Source of the DNA: Macrostomum lignano
Taxonomy: Eukaryota
Assembly: GCA_002269645.1 (NCBI GenBank)
Contig: NIVC01002707.1
Location: forward strand, 1-64,000
DNA length: 64,000 nt
Reading direction: 5' to 3'
Position 1 is the stretch's first letter. The number at the start of each line of letters is the position of its first letter. Position numbers and translations under genes: made by a program. Positions 1 to 11,700 of this stretch are shown here, piece by piece. The notes beneath the pieces are model-generated. The model was not told the DNA's origin. It did no database searches and saw nothing but the letters and a program-made list of their open reading frames with translations.

Positions 1-2609
1 GCAGGCAGCAACCACTCAACATTGCTCGTGTTCATGAACTTAAACACGAAAGAGATCGTTCGAGGTTCTTTGCCTGACATCTTCAAGTCAGCTGACAAAG
101 CGGAACTTGAGTCATGTGGCGGTACTCACCACTAAAGCAACCTGACAATAAGAAAGTAGAAAAGACACCGGATGAAAATTGTGAGAAGACAGAAGCGGAC
201 GAAAGTCGGCAGCGAGTGAAGCCGACTTGAAATCGAAGGCCATCGAGCTACTTCAGCAAGCTGAAGAAGTTTCTGCTAGCTCCTGTCTCATTGATCATGA
301 GGGAAACATCGTTGCTATTGTAAACGCAACAAAATCAGCTGTAGAAGGAGGGCAGAACAACTCAATACTTTCTTCGTTACATTCTCCATCTCTCAAAGCC
401 TCAAGCCCATTTGTATTGTGGACCTTCAGGAAAGCTTCGATATAAAGTACAGTAAAAATTTCGTAAGCCCAAGTCGTCGTCGAATGACTTTCCTTCTGAA
501 GAGAAAGTCCAGATTATACGGTCAAAAAAGCGTTCTTCGTGGTCTGCTGTACGACTGTGACGAAAAGCGCGCTGTTGGGATGACAATATCACCTGAGCAA
601 GACAAGTTCAAAAAGGCTGCATCAAGTTTTGGTGACGGAACGCAGGCTAAATTTACCGAAGACGAGCGACTGCTAGTTACGTCTGGTTCTAAGGTGCTTC
701 TACTTGTGTGGTCCGTGCAAACTGGCGAACTTTTGGAAGGAATCTCCCTGGGAACGGCCGAAAGCTTTCTTTGTGGCCAGCCGAAAGGCACGGACTTCTT
801 CACTATCTGTCATTTTCCTGACGAGTCGGCTGGCGACTCTGACGAGCAAATGTTCATCATGACTAAGGTGTACAATCTGAAACACTTCACGACAAGCTTA
901 GTCACCACAGCGAAGAGGATGCACTGCTCCCCATGTATACTCAGGTCAAGCCGTGTAAGAATGCGACAGGACTCACCGATTGTCACACGGTGGACATTCG
1001 CACTAATGAGGCTCTGATTTCATTGAACACTCGGACACTGGTGGTTAAGAAGTCCTCTTCACGCGACTCGAAAGAAGACGATCAGGTAGAGACGCTCAGG
1101 CTGTCGGATAAACTCCCATTATTGAGCTTCGCCGCGATCCGAAAGCTCCTTTTTCTGTTGGCATCTCAGTGATCAGCAACCAGCTGGTAGAAAAAGTTTT
1201 TGGTAGCACATCAAAGGAGGAACTCCTTCGAAGTCGTAAGTCCAAATCAGTTGGAGGGGTCGAGTTCAAATTTCACGTTGACGCAGAAAACGAATCAAGT
1301 GACAAAGAAATGGAACTACAGGCTTCACTGTGTATCTCAAAGAACAACATCTTCGCCCAGACTCCGATTTCGCATGGATCAAATTCTCTAGAATTAGGAT
1401 TTCTTGATGAATCTCGACAGTGCTTAATTTTACTTAAGTGCCACGTTCAGTACAGCTTCAAAGAGAGTTTTGTCTCACTTGTCCATCTCCCCACAATGGA
1501 GAGCGTGGTATTCAAGTTTACGAAAAATAATCATCTAGACAGCGGCGATGATAGCTCAGACCGACTCTCACAAGATTTTATCGAGCGGTTTTCAGAGGTC
1601 ATCCATGGCGGTGAACAAGAGCTGACGGAAGCGGCTAAGAAAGCGAAGGAAGAAAAGTTTCTAAAAAAGCGATTGAATAATCGCAATGACCTTGTCGACA
1701 TTCAGTTCCTGCCAGAGAAGTGCACGCTCAACCTGGCCTTCAGCCAACACCTCAAAGCGTCCGAGGAGATTCGCGTCGGCGTCGGAGTTCCTCCGATTTG
1801 GCTCGGCGCGGTTGTGCGCCTCGACTACAGCGACGTGGAGAAAGGAAATCCGACCGGAGAGATGCAGTTCCAGCACTCCATCGGCAAAGTGTTCGACATG
1901 GGACCCGCAGTGGCCTTCCTCCACGACAACCAGCACCTGGTCAACTACAAGCTTCAGATTGTGGACTACATGAAAGGCGAAGTGATGCGCTGTCTCAGTC
2001 AGGACGAGGACTTGTACTTTGTTAGACTGCAGGCCACGCCAGACTGCAGCCTGCTTGTTGGCCAGGTGTACTTTCCCGCCTACGAGGTGGAGTTCGCCGT
2101 ATTCGATGACGAATCCATGAACAGTTCGGACCTGTTCGCAATTGTTCCACCTCGAGGCTTGCAGGTAAGATTAGCAACGATTGTTATTGGGAATGGCAAA
2201 TCTTTTAATGCTTACGCTTATAAGAATCCGATCTAAAGATGCCTTTTCTCAATGACTGCGTTTAATTTCTGCACTCCAGGTCTATGTAATCAGTGATGGA
2301 CGCCGCGTTGCAAACTACCTGTTTGAGTCGGATCCTTTCGGACTCTGCTTGGTTGGGGAAGATGGTCGGGACCTGCTGGTGCTGACGCATAACGCACCAA
2401 TCATGCTGTTTGAGCTTCACGACCCGCAACCGCTAGTTGCTGCTGATGGAGCTGCCCAGATGCACTCGATGAAGGCGATCGATGCAACGGCGAATGTAGA
2501 CTCGAGTGTAGGTTCGCCGGCGAAAGCACCTGGTCCAAGACCGGAATACCTGGACATGCTGAGTGAGATTCAAGGGGTTGTTGATTACATCTTAATACGT
2601 GGTAGTTAA
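1..2609 (+). CDS. 3' part of a NACHT/propeller (NWD-like) paralog, copy A; runs off the left edge; five -1 frameshifts in the first ~1.13 kb
   Basis: ORF pieces (frame 1 from base 1, then 114, 227, 418, 933, 1169) align in order with the continuous ORF 20009..22702(-), e.g. [29 protein letters not shown] and [19 protein letters not shown]. Intron 2165-2279 (CAG|gtaag...ccag|GTC) is at the same position as in the paralog. Last exon 2280-2609 ([19 protein letters not shown]...). Confidence 0.8.
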
Positions 2610-2783
2610 TAAGCGTTATTGCCCTAGATGTATTCCGGAAGGCTTAATTGAAGTTGGGACTCTTCGCTGAGGGAAATTACTGATTTTATTTTAATATTTC
2701 ATCCCAGTGGGATTTTCAGAATCCTCAGTATTGTGTCTAGTTTCGTTTGGGCCACAAACGATTGCGTCGACGGAAATTGTGAA

Positions 2784-3356
2784 CTAAGTAAATTTTTGCG
2801 CGCCTTTCAGGCATCGAAACAGGAATACAACAGATTGCTTATCTGCGAATAGTCTATGGTCAAGCCGCCCCCCATCTTTGGATATTCCCAACGGGTTATA
2901 TTTGGATATACCCATTTGCAGATAAGCAATCTGTATATTCCTGTATCAATGCGTTTGTGAGGATATTTTTTATTCAATACAACAAAGCTGAATAAACAGA
3001 TTGTATACATGTACGAAAACGGCCGTAACGTGGGCATAATGAAACGTGGACCAATTGTTCCGCAATAATCGATGAGTAGAGCTAGAATCGACAATAATTA
3101 CACTCACATCAGCCGAATTGCATGGTTTGTTCCGCATGGGATCCTCGGGGCAAGCCTCTTCTTTGCTTGGCAGTGGTGGCAGAGCATCATCGTTACCGCA
3201 TTCAATGAATAGGATGAACTCTATCAACTCTTCGTCATCCGCCTCGTCACGTTCACCCATACTCAAGTCGCTGAGAAAGTTGACCTCATTTCCATTCAAG
3301 CCGTCAATGCTTTCAATCGGCAAATTCGACCAATTTATCATTCGTATGAGTGGCAT
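2784..3356 (-). CDS. hypothetical two-exon protein (~131 aa), acidic
   Basis: ORF 3356..2970 has a donor GAT|gtgagt (3108/3107). Acceptor tacag| at 2931 gives an in-frame 48-codon exon ending at TAG 2786-2784. No recognisable domain. Confidence 0.3.
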
Positions 3357-3992
3357 GAATAGAGGTTAGGGCAAACAGAAGAAACAGGAACATGTATCCT
3401 CTGCTGCAGAGTTCCAGCTTATAAGACCACAACTTCATTTAACATGTTTCGTCTATGGTAATTTCAGACTGTTCCGCTTAACTTTTCGTTCCAGACGATT
3501 AGTCTATGGCCATTATCTGGCTTGCGCCAAGTGGAAAATGCCTATGACACAAATCCCTAGAATCACTCAGTGAACAATTCCCGTCTGGGAAGTTGTGTCC
3601 TAGCCATTTTGAATTGGTTTTTGGACGAAACTAGACACAATTCCACTATCGAGAGTTCACGATTCACACACAACTGCCATAGCGTCGAGGCCGGTAGGCC
3701 GAGACGCGGTAAGGCAGTTGTGTGTGAATCGTGACCTCTTGATAATCATACATTGTGCCTTCAGATTCCTTCATTCCTTCCCAGAGAGTGGTGTCTTCAG
3801 GGTCCTTCCCACATTGGTGTCCCCAAAGTCCTTCCCACAGTGGTGTCTTCTGGGTCCTTCTCCCAGAGTATTGTCTTCAGAGTCCTGCTCAGAAGGCGGT
3901 GTTTCCAGCCTCCTCAGAGAGCGGTGTCTTGAGAGTCTTTACCCTATGGAACACGTTGAGCACTACAAAATCCCCCCATTTTCTCATTCCAG

Positions 3993-4117
3993 AGCCAGCA
4001 CTGGCCAGCTCAATGGCCGAGGTAGCGAACGCGAGGCCCGTGGACCCGATCGAGTTCCTGGCGCAGTGCCTGCTGCGCTGCAAGGCGCAGTGCGACAGCC
4101 AGCAGCCAGATATCTGA
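3993..4117 (+). CDS. terminal exon encoding a Dpy-30 dimerisation motif (DYDC-like)
   Basis: Acceptor ttctcattccag| followed by EPALASSMAEVANARPVDPIEFLAQCLL, which matches the Dpy-30 motif (DYDC1-type AEVARVRPVDPIEYLA). Upstream exon(s) unresolved; candidate donor at 3708/3709. Confidence 0.65.
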
Positions 4118-4919
4118 AGCTGAATTTCCTTGATGTGACTCGCTGTCTTGAAGCTTACTGACCGTGCGCCTTGCCTTATTAATTGCACTCTGGTTAAGTT
4201 GGTCAAGCTGTCATTTGATTAAATTCATTTGAAGAATTCACAGTACGCTAAAGAAGATTACAAATACGAGCTATGAATAGGAAAAAACTGCTTGACCTTC
4301 ACTGGCCGCTTGCCCTTCAAATTACTTTCAATCGGAGTCGCTAATTTTACCTCTTTTTACTAAGAAGCACAAAAGAAATGCCCAGATATTTTTTCAGTCC
4401 ATTTCTGTATCAAGCATTAAGGTGACATCACTGCGCCTATTTTTTGTGCTATTTTTATGGCCTAACCTTAGATTAGAGATTATTGAAACAAAATTCTCTA
4501 CCTAGCAACCAATTCAGCAGATAGACTAAAAAAATTCTTACACTATTTTTATCGCATTTTTACTTTCAGCTATTACTGAATGAATCTTTTATATACAAGT
4601 TTGTCTCTTTTAATAGTAAAATCAGAGTGATTAGTTTTTGATAGTTCAAGAATTCTTTGATTTGCGATAATTTGATCACTGCTGGCACCCGATCTGTCCT
4701 GTTTTATTTGTGCTTCCATTATCTACTAAAATTAATACAGTCAGAGAGACTGCCCTAATACAATTTTTTAAAAAATAAAAGGTGATCCACTTTAGTTAAC
4801 TGGCTTATATTTTCTTATTTTATAAGAAATCAAATATTAACCTGACAATCACCAATCCTGAGAAACTGCTTGTTTGTCGTGTATACTAAGGTGTCATTCA
4901 GAATAATTTAACGTCCTAA

Positions 4920-5570
4920 TAACAGTTCCCAAACTGTTGGCCATGTTCCCAAACTGTTGGACATGTTCCCAAACTGTTGGACATGTTCCCAAACTGTTGG
5001 ACATGTTCCCAAACTGTTGGACATGTTCCCAAACTGTTGGACATGTTCCCAAACTGTTGGACATGTTCCCAAACTGTTGGACATGTTCCCAAACTGTTGG
5101 ACATGTTCCCAAACTGTTGGACATGTTCCCAAACTGTTGGACATGTTCCCAAACTGTTGGACATGTTCCCAAACTGTTGAACGTGCCCCCAAACTGTTGA
5201 AGATATCCCCAAATTGTTGTAAATGTTCGCCAGCTGTTAGACATGTTCCCAAACTGTTAGACATGTTCCTAAACTGTTTAACATGTTCCTGAACTGTTGT
5301 ACGTGTTCCCAAACTGTTAGACATGTTCCTGAACTGTTGTACGTGTTCCCAAACTGTTAGACATGTTCCCAAACTGTTAGACATGTTCCCAAACTGTTAG
5401 ACATGTTCCCAAACTGTTAGACATGTTCCCAAACTGTTAGACATGTCCCCAAACTGTTGGACATGTTCCCAAACTGTTAGACATGTTCCCAAACTGCTGT
5501 TAGACATGTTCCCAAACTGTTGGACATGTTCCCAAACTGTTAGACATGTTCCCAAACTGTTGGAAATGTC
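4920..5570. repeat. minisatellite, 20-bp unit ACATGTTCCCAAACTGTTGG
   Basis: About 30 tandem copies, degenerate at both ends. Explains six overlapping spurious ORFs. Confidence 0.97.
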
Positions 5571-5907
5571 CTCTCACAGCTCGTAAAGATGTCCTTAATT
5601 CTGTTGATAGTTCTCCCCATTGGTAAAGATGCTCCTTAAGTGCCCATTGGACAAGTCATTAGACAAGTGCACGTTATTCAGCAGCTCTTTTCCTGGCAAG
5701 ACCACCAGTATTGTCAAATAAAAGACTAAACGCGGAGAAAGCAGTTTGAAAATTGAAAAAGAAACGAATGGAGCGTTTCGGTCTCTGCTTTGAGCCGTCT
5801 ATAGTTTTACTTCAGATGACGCTTTGCATCCAAATTTACCCAACTCAGCCAGAATTTTTTAGTTTTCACACCCTGTTTTAAACAAAATTATGCGTTGGGT
5901 GCGCGGC

Positions 5908-7487
5908 TCAGGCAGTCGCGGTCTCGCGGTAGAGACTGCACAGCCGGTCGCACTCGTCCAGAGCTTCGCTCATGTCGCCCTCGGTGATGCCCTCCTGCTG
6001 GTACAGGTGGAAGAAGGCCCTCCCGCTGGCAAACAGTTTGCGCACCTGGGTAGCTTGCTGCTCAACCAGGTTAGCTGTGGAGCTCGAGTTGACAAAGAAA
6101 GCCGCCGAGACGGTCTCGCCGCGCGGCGGAATGTCGCAGACGCCGGTTGAGAAGGCGTGAGTCAGCCAATTGGGAAAGACGGCCTCGCGACGCACCCGAA
6201 GGTCGGTGAGCGCTGAGTCCAGCGCCTGGATTGGCACCCGGCCGCGGAAGATGCCGGCCGCTGAGAGGATGCGGCCCGCCGAGGGGTCGCAGGCCGCCAG
6301 CTGCGCCTCCGGGCTCAGCATCCGAGCAGAGAGCTCACGGACCGAGTTGCCGTGCGTGGAGCCCCAGCCCAGCGAGGACAACAGGAAGTGCAGCCTGCGG
6401 AAACGAGTCCGACACTGTTAATCAGCCTTTGAGCACCTTGAAAGCACCTTAATCTTTAGTAACCTGTAGAATTTCAGCTTTCGATGTCTAATATACTTAG
6501 ATTAGCGAGAGACGAACGCGGAGAGAATTTCTTTATTGGAGCTAAGTGAAACTTCGAGCGTAAAACCGAGGGGGAGAAGAGCTGACGAAGCGTACAAGCG
6601 TGGATTCAGAAACCAATCCTTACCTTTAAGGAGTTCGAATTACACCTATACAATCTTAACTACAATGCCAGCTAATGCTAATATTGAGTCTCCATTCTGA
6701 ACTCAAATTTCTCTCAAACGAGTTCTCACCTGGGCAGGGGCACCAGCGCGCTGGCCAGTTTGCCCGGACTGAGGTTTAGCTGTCCAGGAAACCGGACGCA
6801 GGCAGTCAGGCCCAGCATCATGTTGGCCGCTGTCCGGTTCACGTCTTCAATGTCCGGCTTTGGACGTTCGCTGGCCGCGCGCAGGCCGGCCAAGTCCCAG
6901 CAGTAGGTGATCTCGGCACTGCTGGCCAGGTGCGGCGCGCACAGGGTGGCGTTGTAAGCCTCGATGATGGCCGGCTGGCCGGGGAACAGGCTGAAGGTGT
7001 GCACAGGGACGCCGGACAGTCCCTGCTGGAGCAGGCGGCTGGTCAGGCCGGAGCCGGTGCCGCCGCCCAGGCTGTGGACGATGTGAACCGCGCGGACTCG
7101 ATCGCTCAGCTCGAGCTGTCGCTGAACGGAGGTCAGAATTGACTCGGCCATCGCCTTGGCTCCGGGTGAGTCGTAGCCGCGCCCGTATGTGCTGGCGGCC
7201 TCCCCGGTGCCTTCAATGAGGCTGTCCGGCCGGAACAGGCCGGTGCAGGAGCTGGCGGACAGGGCGGCCACGCTGGTGGAGTCCAGATCGGCGAACACAG
7301 CTCTGGGCGAGTGCCGGCCCGACTGCGACTCCGCAAAGTTCACGCCGATCTTTTCAAGCTGCAACGGGCTGGAGCCAACAAACCGGCCCTGACAGTCCAG
7401 GCCGTGCTCGTCGGCCAGGCTCTCCCAGTACTTGAGCCCGACGCAGACGCCGCACTGACCAATGTGGATGGTGATAATCTCCTGCAT
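5908..7487 (-). CDS. divergent beta-like tubulin (2 exons: 7487-6730, 6394-5908; ~414 aa)
   Basis: MQEIITIHIGQCG, PRAVFADL, the GGGTGSG signature, RFPGQLN and VCDIPPRG are present. The phase-2 intron (CCC AG|gtgag...ttccgcag|G CTG CAC TTC) rebuilds the conserved PRLHF motif. Confidence 0.92.
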
Positions 7488-7964
7488 GCCGGCTTTGGTT
7501 AAGCTGTCAGTGTTACCTAAGTCAGTAGTCTAGCGGTGCGGTGAGGCCTTGAGCGAGCTTGGTTGATCGCTGCACTGCTGCTGCGCTCTCAGCTTGGCTG
7601 ACTGAATAAGCCTGGCCAAGCCAAGCAAAAGCCATAGACTATACAGCATACAGCAACCAGATCCCGACATAGGGAAGCCTAGCCACAGACTTAAGCCAGT
7701 TACTCGCTTTCCTTTTTATATTTTATAATTTTGCTAAACTTGAGCACACACATTCACGCAGTTTATACGTACTCAGGGGCACACACACAGGGTTTCCAGC
7801 GTTCCTGACTTTTCTATTCGCAAGGCATGTACACTCTCTGTGTTAAAAAAGGGGTTGGCCCTAATGGGCGTGAATTGCATACATACCAATTGCTGTGTTG
7901 AACATCTCGCACAAAAAGGTATTTTTCTTCAGTGTTTGTCTGTTTCTAGGAATAGATTTAGAAA

Positions 7965-8180
7965 ATCTGTTTCTAGGAATCAGAAAGACTGTTTCTAGGA
8001 ATCAGAAAGTCTGCTTCTAGGAATCAGTAAGTCTGTTTCTAGGAATCAGAAAGACTGTTTCTAGGAATCAGAAAGTCTGCTTCTAGGAATCAGAAAGTCT
8101 GTTTCTAGGAATCAGAAAGTCTGTTTCTAGGAATCAGAAAGTCTGTTTCTAGGAATCAGAAAGTCTGTTTCTAGGAATCA
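7965..8180. repeat. minisatellite, 22-bp unit TCTGTTTCTAGGAATCAGAAAG
   Basis: About 9 tandem copies between two divergently oriented genes. Confidence 0.95.
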
Positions 8181-8769
8181 AAAAAATTGTATAAAATTTT
8201 GTAGCAATTTTACCCTTTGAATATAGTTTTTCTTCAGAACTGTTAGAAGTTTGGTCGGTATTTATTGCTAACAGTAGTTCCTTTGCTTTCTGGCACAGAA
8301 AATTACCAGAGGCTACTTGCAAAGCACCGTCATTCGTCTATTCAGCCTTTCCTCACAACCAGTTAAAAAGTATCAAAGGCTTGATATTACAGTGGGCTAC
8401 TAGAGGTCTCTGCTCTGCTATATTGCTGCTACCGCCGTGGCCTGAGTACTCTGCTCAGCCTCCATTGTCAAGAGAGCGAGAGAGACTCAGGCAAAGCAGC
8501 GAGACCAGCGCCATCGCCGCTCGCCTCCTTTTTATATCTAAGCTCTTCCTTTGGCTCAAGACTAAGTTTTCAAAGCTTTGCACGAGACGGGGAGAGAGAG
8601 AGAATTTCTGACAGGTAGAAGCGGGGCAACTTAAAAAAATGAGCATTTAGAGCTTGGCTGGCCATCTCGTCGCTAAACTAGTCTGTAAATTAGAGCCCCA
8701 ACTCTCGCATTAAGAACCGGCGGCCTCTCAAACAAAATTTGAACTCTCAGAACAACCGAAATCAGCAAA

Positions 8770-11700
8770 ATGGCGTCCAGAGTCAGTGAGCTGCGCCTGC
8801 GACTGGACTCCGAGCCAGCGGACGAAGTCGATCAGGATGAGCCGGACGACAGCGGCTGCTTGGAGTTCCCGCAGCAGCAGCCGCCGACACCACCGCCTCC
8901 GCCGAGGCCAACCAGAGCGGAGCAGCAGCCGCCGCCGCCAGCGCAGTCGCAGTCTGCCACAAAGAAACCTGACGCACCAACGGCTGAGCTGTCGTTTCAG
9001 GAACAGCTGCGCCGCATTGCTTTCGGCGGCAGCCGGCAGAAGCGGCCAACTGCCAGCGGCGGCTCGATCGAAAAGCTGCCGGCGGCGGCGGCGGCTGCAG
9101 CGCCAGTCGAGAAGGCGACAGGCAAAGCTTCAGTTGCGTCGTCGGCGATTGGCGACGAAGATCAGCGACAGCCGTCAACGCTTGACCTGATCGCCAGAGT
9201 GCGGAGCAGCTTGACGACTTATCAGGTACCTGCTGATGCTGTCTCACCGTTCTTTGTAGCCATCCAATCCGCATAATATAGGCCTGGAAGCCGATACCGT
9301 TTCATAGAAACGTACTCTATTTCCTGGAAAACTATTCCTTTTCCAGGAAAACTATTCCATTTCTTGGAAACCTGATTAATTTCCTATTAATCTATTCCAT
9401 TTTCTAGAAATTAATTTAGAAAACCAATTCCATTTCCTGGAAACCTGTTCCATTTCCTGGAAACCTATTCCATTTCCTGGAAACGTATTCCATTTCCTGG
9501 AAACATATTCCATTTCCTGGAAACGTATTCCATTTCCTGGAAACGTATTTCATTTCCTGGAAACCTATTCCATTTCCTGGAAACCTATTCCATTTCCTGG
9601 AAACCTATTCCATTTCCTGGAAACCTATTCCATTTCCTGGAAACCTATTCCATTTCCTGGAAACCTATTCCATTTCCTGGAAACCTATTCCATTTCCTGG
9701 AAACCCATTCCATTTCCTGGAAACCCATTCCATTTCCTGGAAACCATTCCATTTCCTGGAAACCTATTCCATTTCCTGGAAACCTATTCTTGTTTCCAGG
9801 AAATCTATTCTCTTTCCGGAAAACCTATTCTGTTTCCTGGAAACCTTTCATATTTCCTCGAAAGCGATCGAAATCTACTCTCCTACCCGAAAAGCTTTAC
9901 TCTACTTCAAGGAAACCTTCTCCACAGTTTTCTGGAGCAAAAGCACGGCGGAGATTGCATTTTTTCCTTTTTTGCTTACGCAAAGATTTTACAACTTTTT
10001 GAGGACTTTTTTGACTCCTATAGAATCAAAACTTTACGGATAATAGAAATGTATATTATTCGAGCATCTATTGTTAACAGATCTATAAATCGAAATAACA
10101 GGCTTAAAATAGCCACTGCCGCAAATAAGATCCCTGTCCGCTCCGCAGACTGCAGCACCTCCGCCGCCAGCCGCTGTCGAGAATGACGTGGATGACTACA
10201 ATCGCTACTATTACCGAGAGGCGGCGGCCTCCGCCCCGGTGCCCGCTTATCCTGCAGACGACGCCGCCTACGATTATCGCGGCGGGGACGGCAGCAACGG
10301 CTTCAATGATGAGGCAGTCCTCAGAGACGGCGGAATCTTCTTCGAGGACGATCCGTGCTACGATCCGGGCGTCGGATCCCAGGACGACTTCGATGATGTC
10401 GGCTTGCAGCGCCGGCAGCAGCAGCCGGGCTCCATGCTGCGGGAGGTCCGGGCCCGCTGGGCGGCACAGCGCGAGGAAGAGGTCGAACGGCTCAAGGAGA
10501 TGTCGAACCAGCGGCAGCTGGAGACTCAACTGAGAGAGGAGTGCCGACAACTCAATGAAAATGTGAGCACCTAGTGAGACCGGGAGTGAGGGGTAGCTTT
10601 AAAAATGAGTTCACACTAATCAAGCGACATGGATAAGAGATCAGTTCCAGCTGGGTCACGCGCTGCAGGTTCTCAATACTCAAGTTTTAATAGTTAACAT
10701 GTATGCCGAGTCCAATGTCATAATTCTATACCTTGATCCCAATCCCGATTCCAATCCCAATTCCAGTACTGATCCTAAATCCTAAATCCCAATGTCAGTT
10801 CTGATCCCAAATCCCGATCTCAGTTCTGATCCCTAATCCCAAATCCCAATCTCAGTACTGATCCCAAATCCCATTTCCAGCTGTACGAGAAGCAGCGAGA
10901 GGTGCAGGCCATGGCCGACCAGCTCGACTTGCTGAGGCGTCTAAACGAGCAAACCAAGAGCGACCTTATGGCTGCCGTGGAGAAAGGCGACTTTCAGGTA
11001 GGGTCTGAGTCTGCTTGGGCTTTTATATATGCAGCTTTGAGGGCTTTGATTTTACGAGCAAAAGCAGGCAGTAGCCACCATTCGAAATCCCAGGTTCAAA
11101 GGTTCACAAGATCAAAGTGTCACAAGATCAAAGTGTCACAAGATCAAAGTGTCACAAGATCAAAGTGTCACAAGATCAAAGTGTCACAAGATCAAAGTGT
11201 CACAAGATCAAAGTGTCACAAGATCAAAGTGTCACAAGATCAAAGTGTCACAAGATCAAAGTGTCACAAGATCCAAGTGTCACAAGATCCACGTGTCACA
11301 AGATCCAAGTGTCACAAGATCAAAGTGTCACAAGATCAAAGTGTCACAAGATCAAAGTGTCACAAGATTTCACAAGATCAATTTTTCAAAGCCGCGCAAC
11401 GAAAATCCGCCAAATTCTTTATTTCAGGCGAGCGAGCTGAAGCTGGTGATGGAGGAGGACCGGCAGGTGCTCGAGGCCACCCGCCGGGAGAACCTGGAGC
11501 TCAAATCCAAGATGGAATGCGACGAGCTGGAGATGCGCGGCCTGGAGGGCCGCCTGGCCGGCCTGGAGCGGCAGCTGCAGTCGATGCAGTCGGAGAACGG
11601 TCGCCTCGCCCAGCAGATGCGGGAGACGTCGCTCAGCGTCCAGGCCGGCGCGATGGAGCGTCAGGAGGCTGGACGGTTGGGACAGCAGCTGGTGGCGCTG

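Noticed and set aside
4894-5384. Repetitive ORFs over minisatellites (also 31833-32269, 32728-33438, 45945-46439, 53370-54018, 57424-58279, 60886-61827)
   Set aside because: Products of stop-poor repeat units open in several frames and on both strands; no unique coding context.
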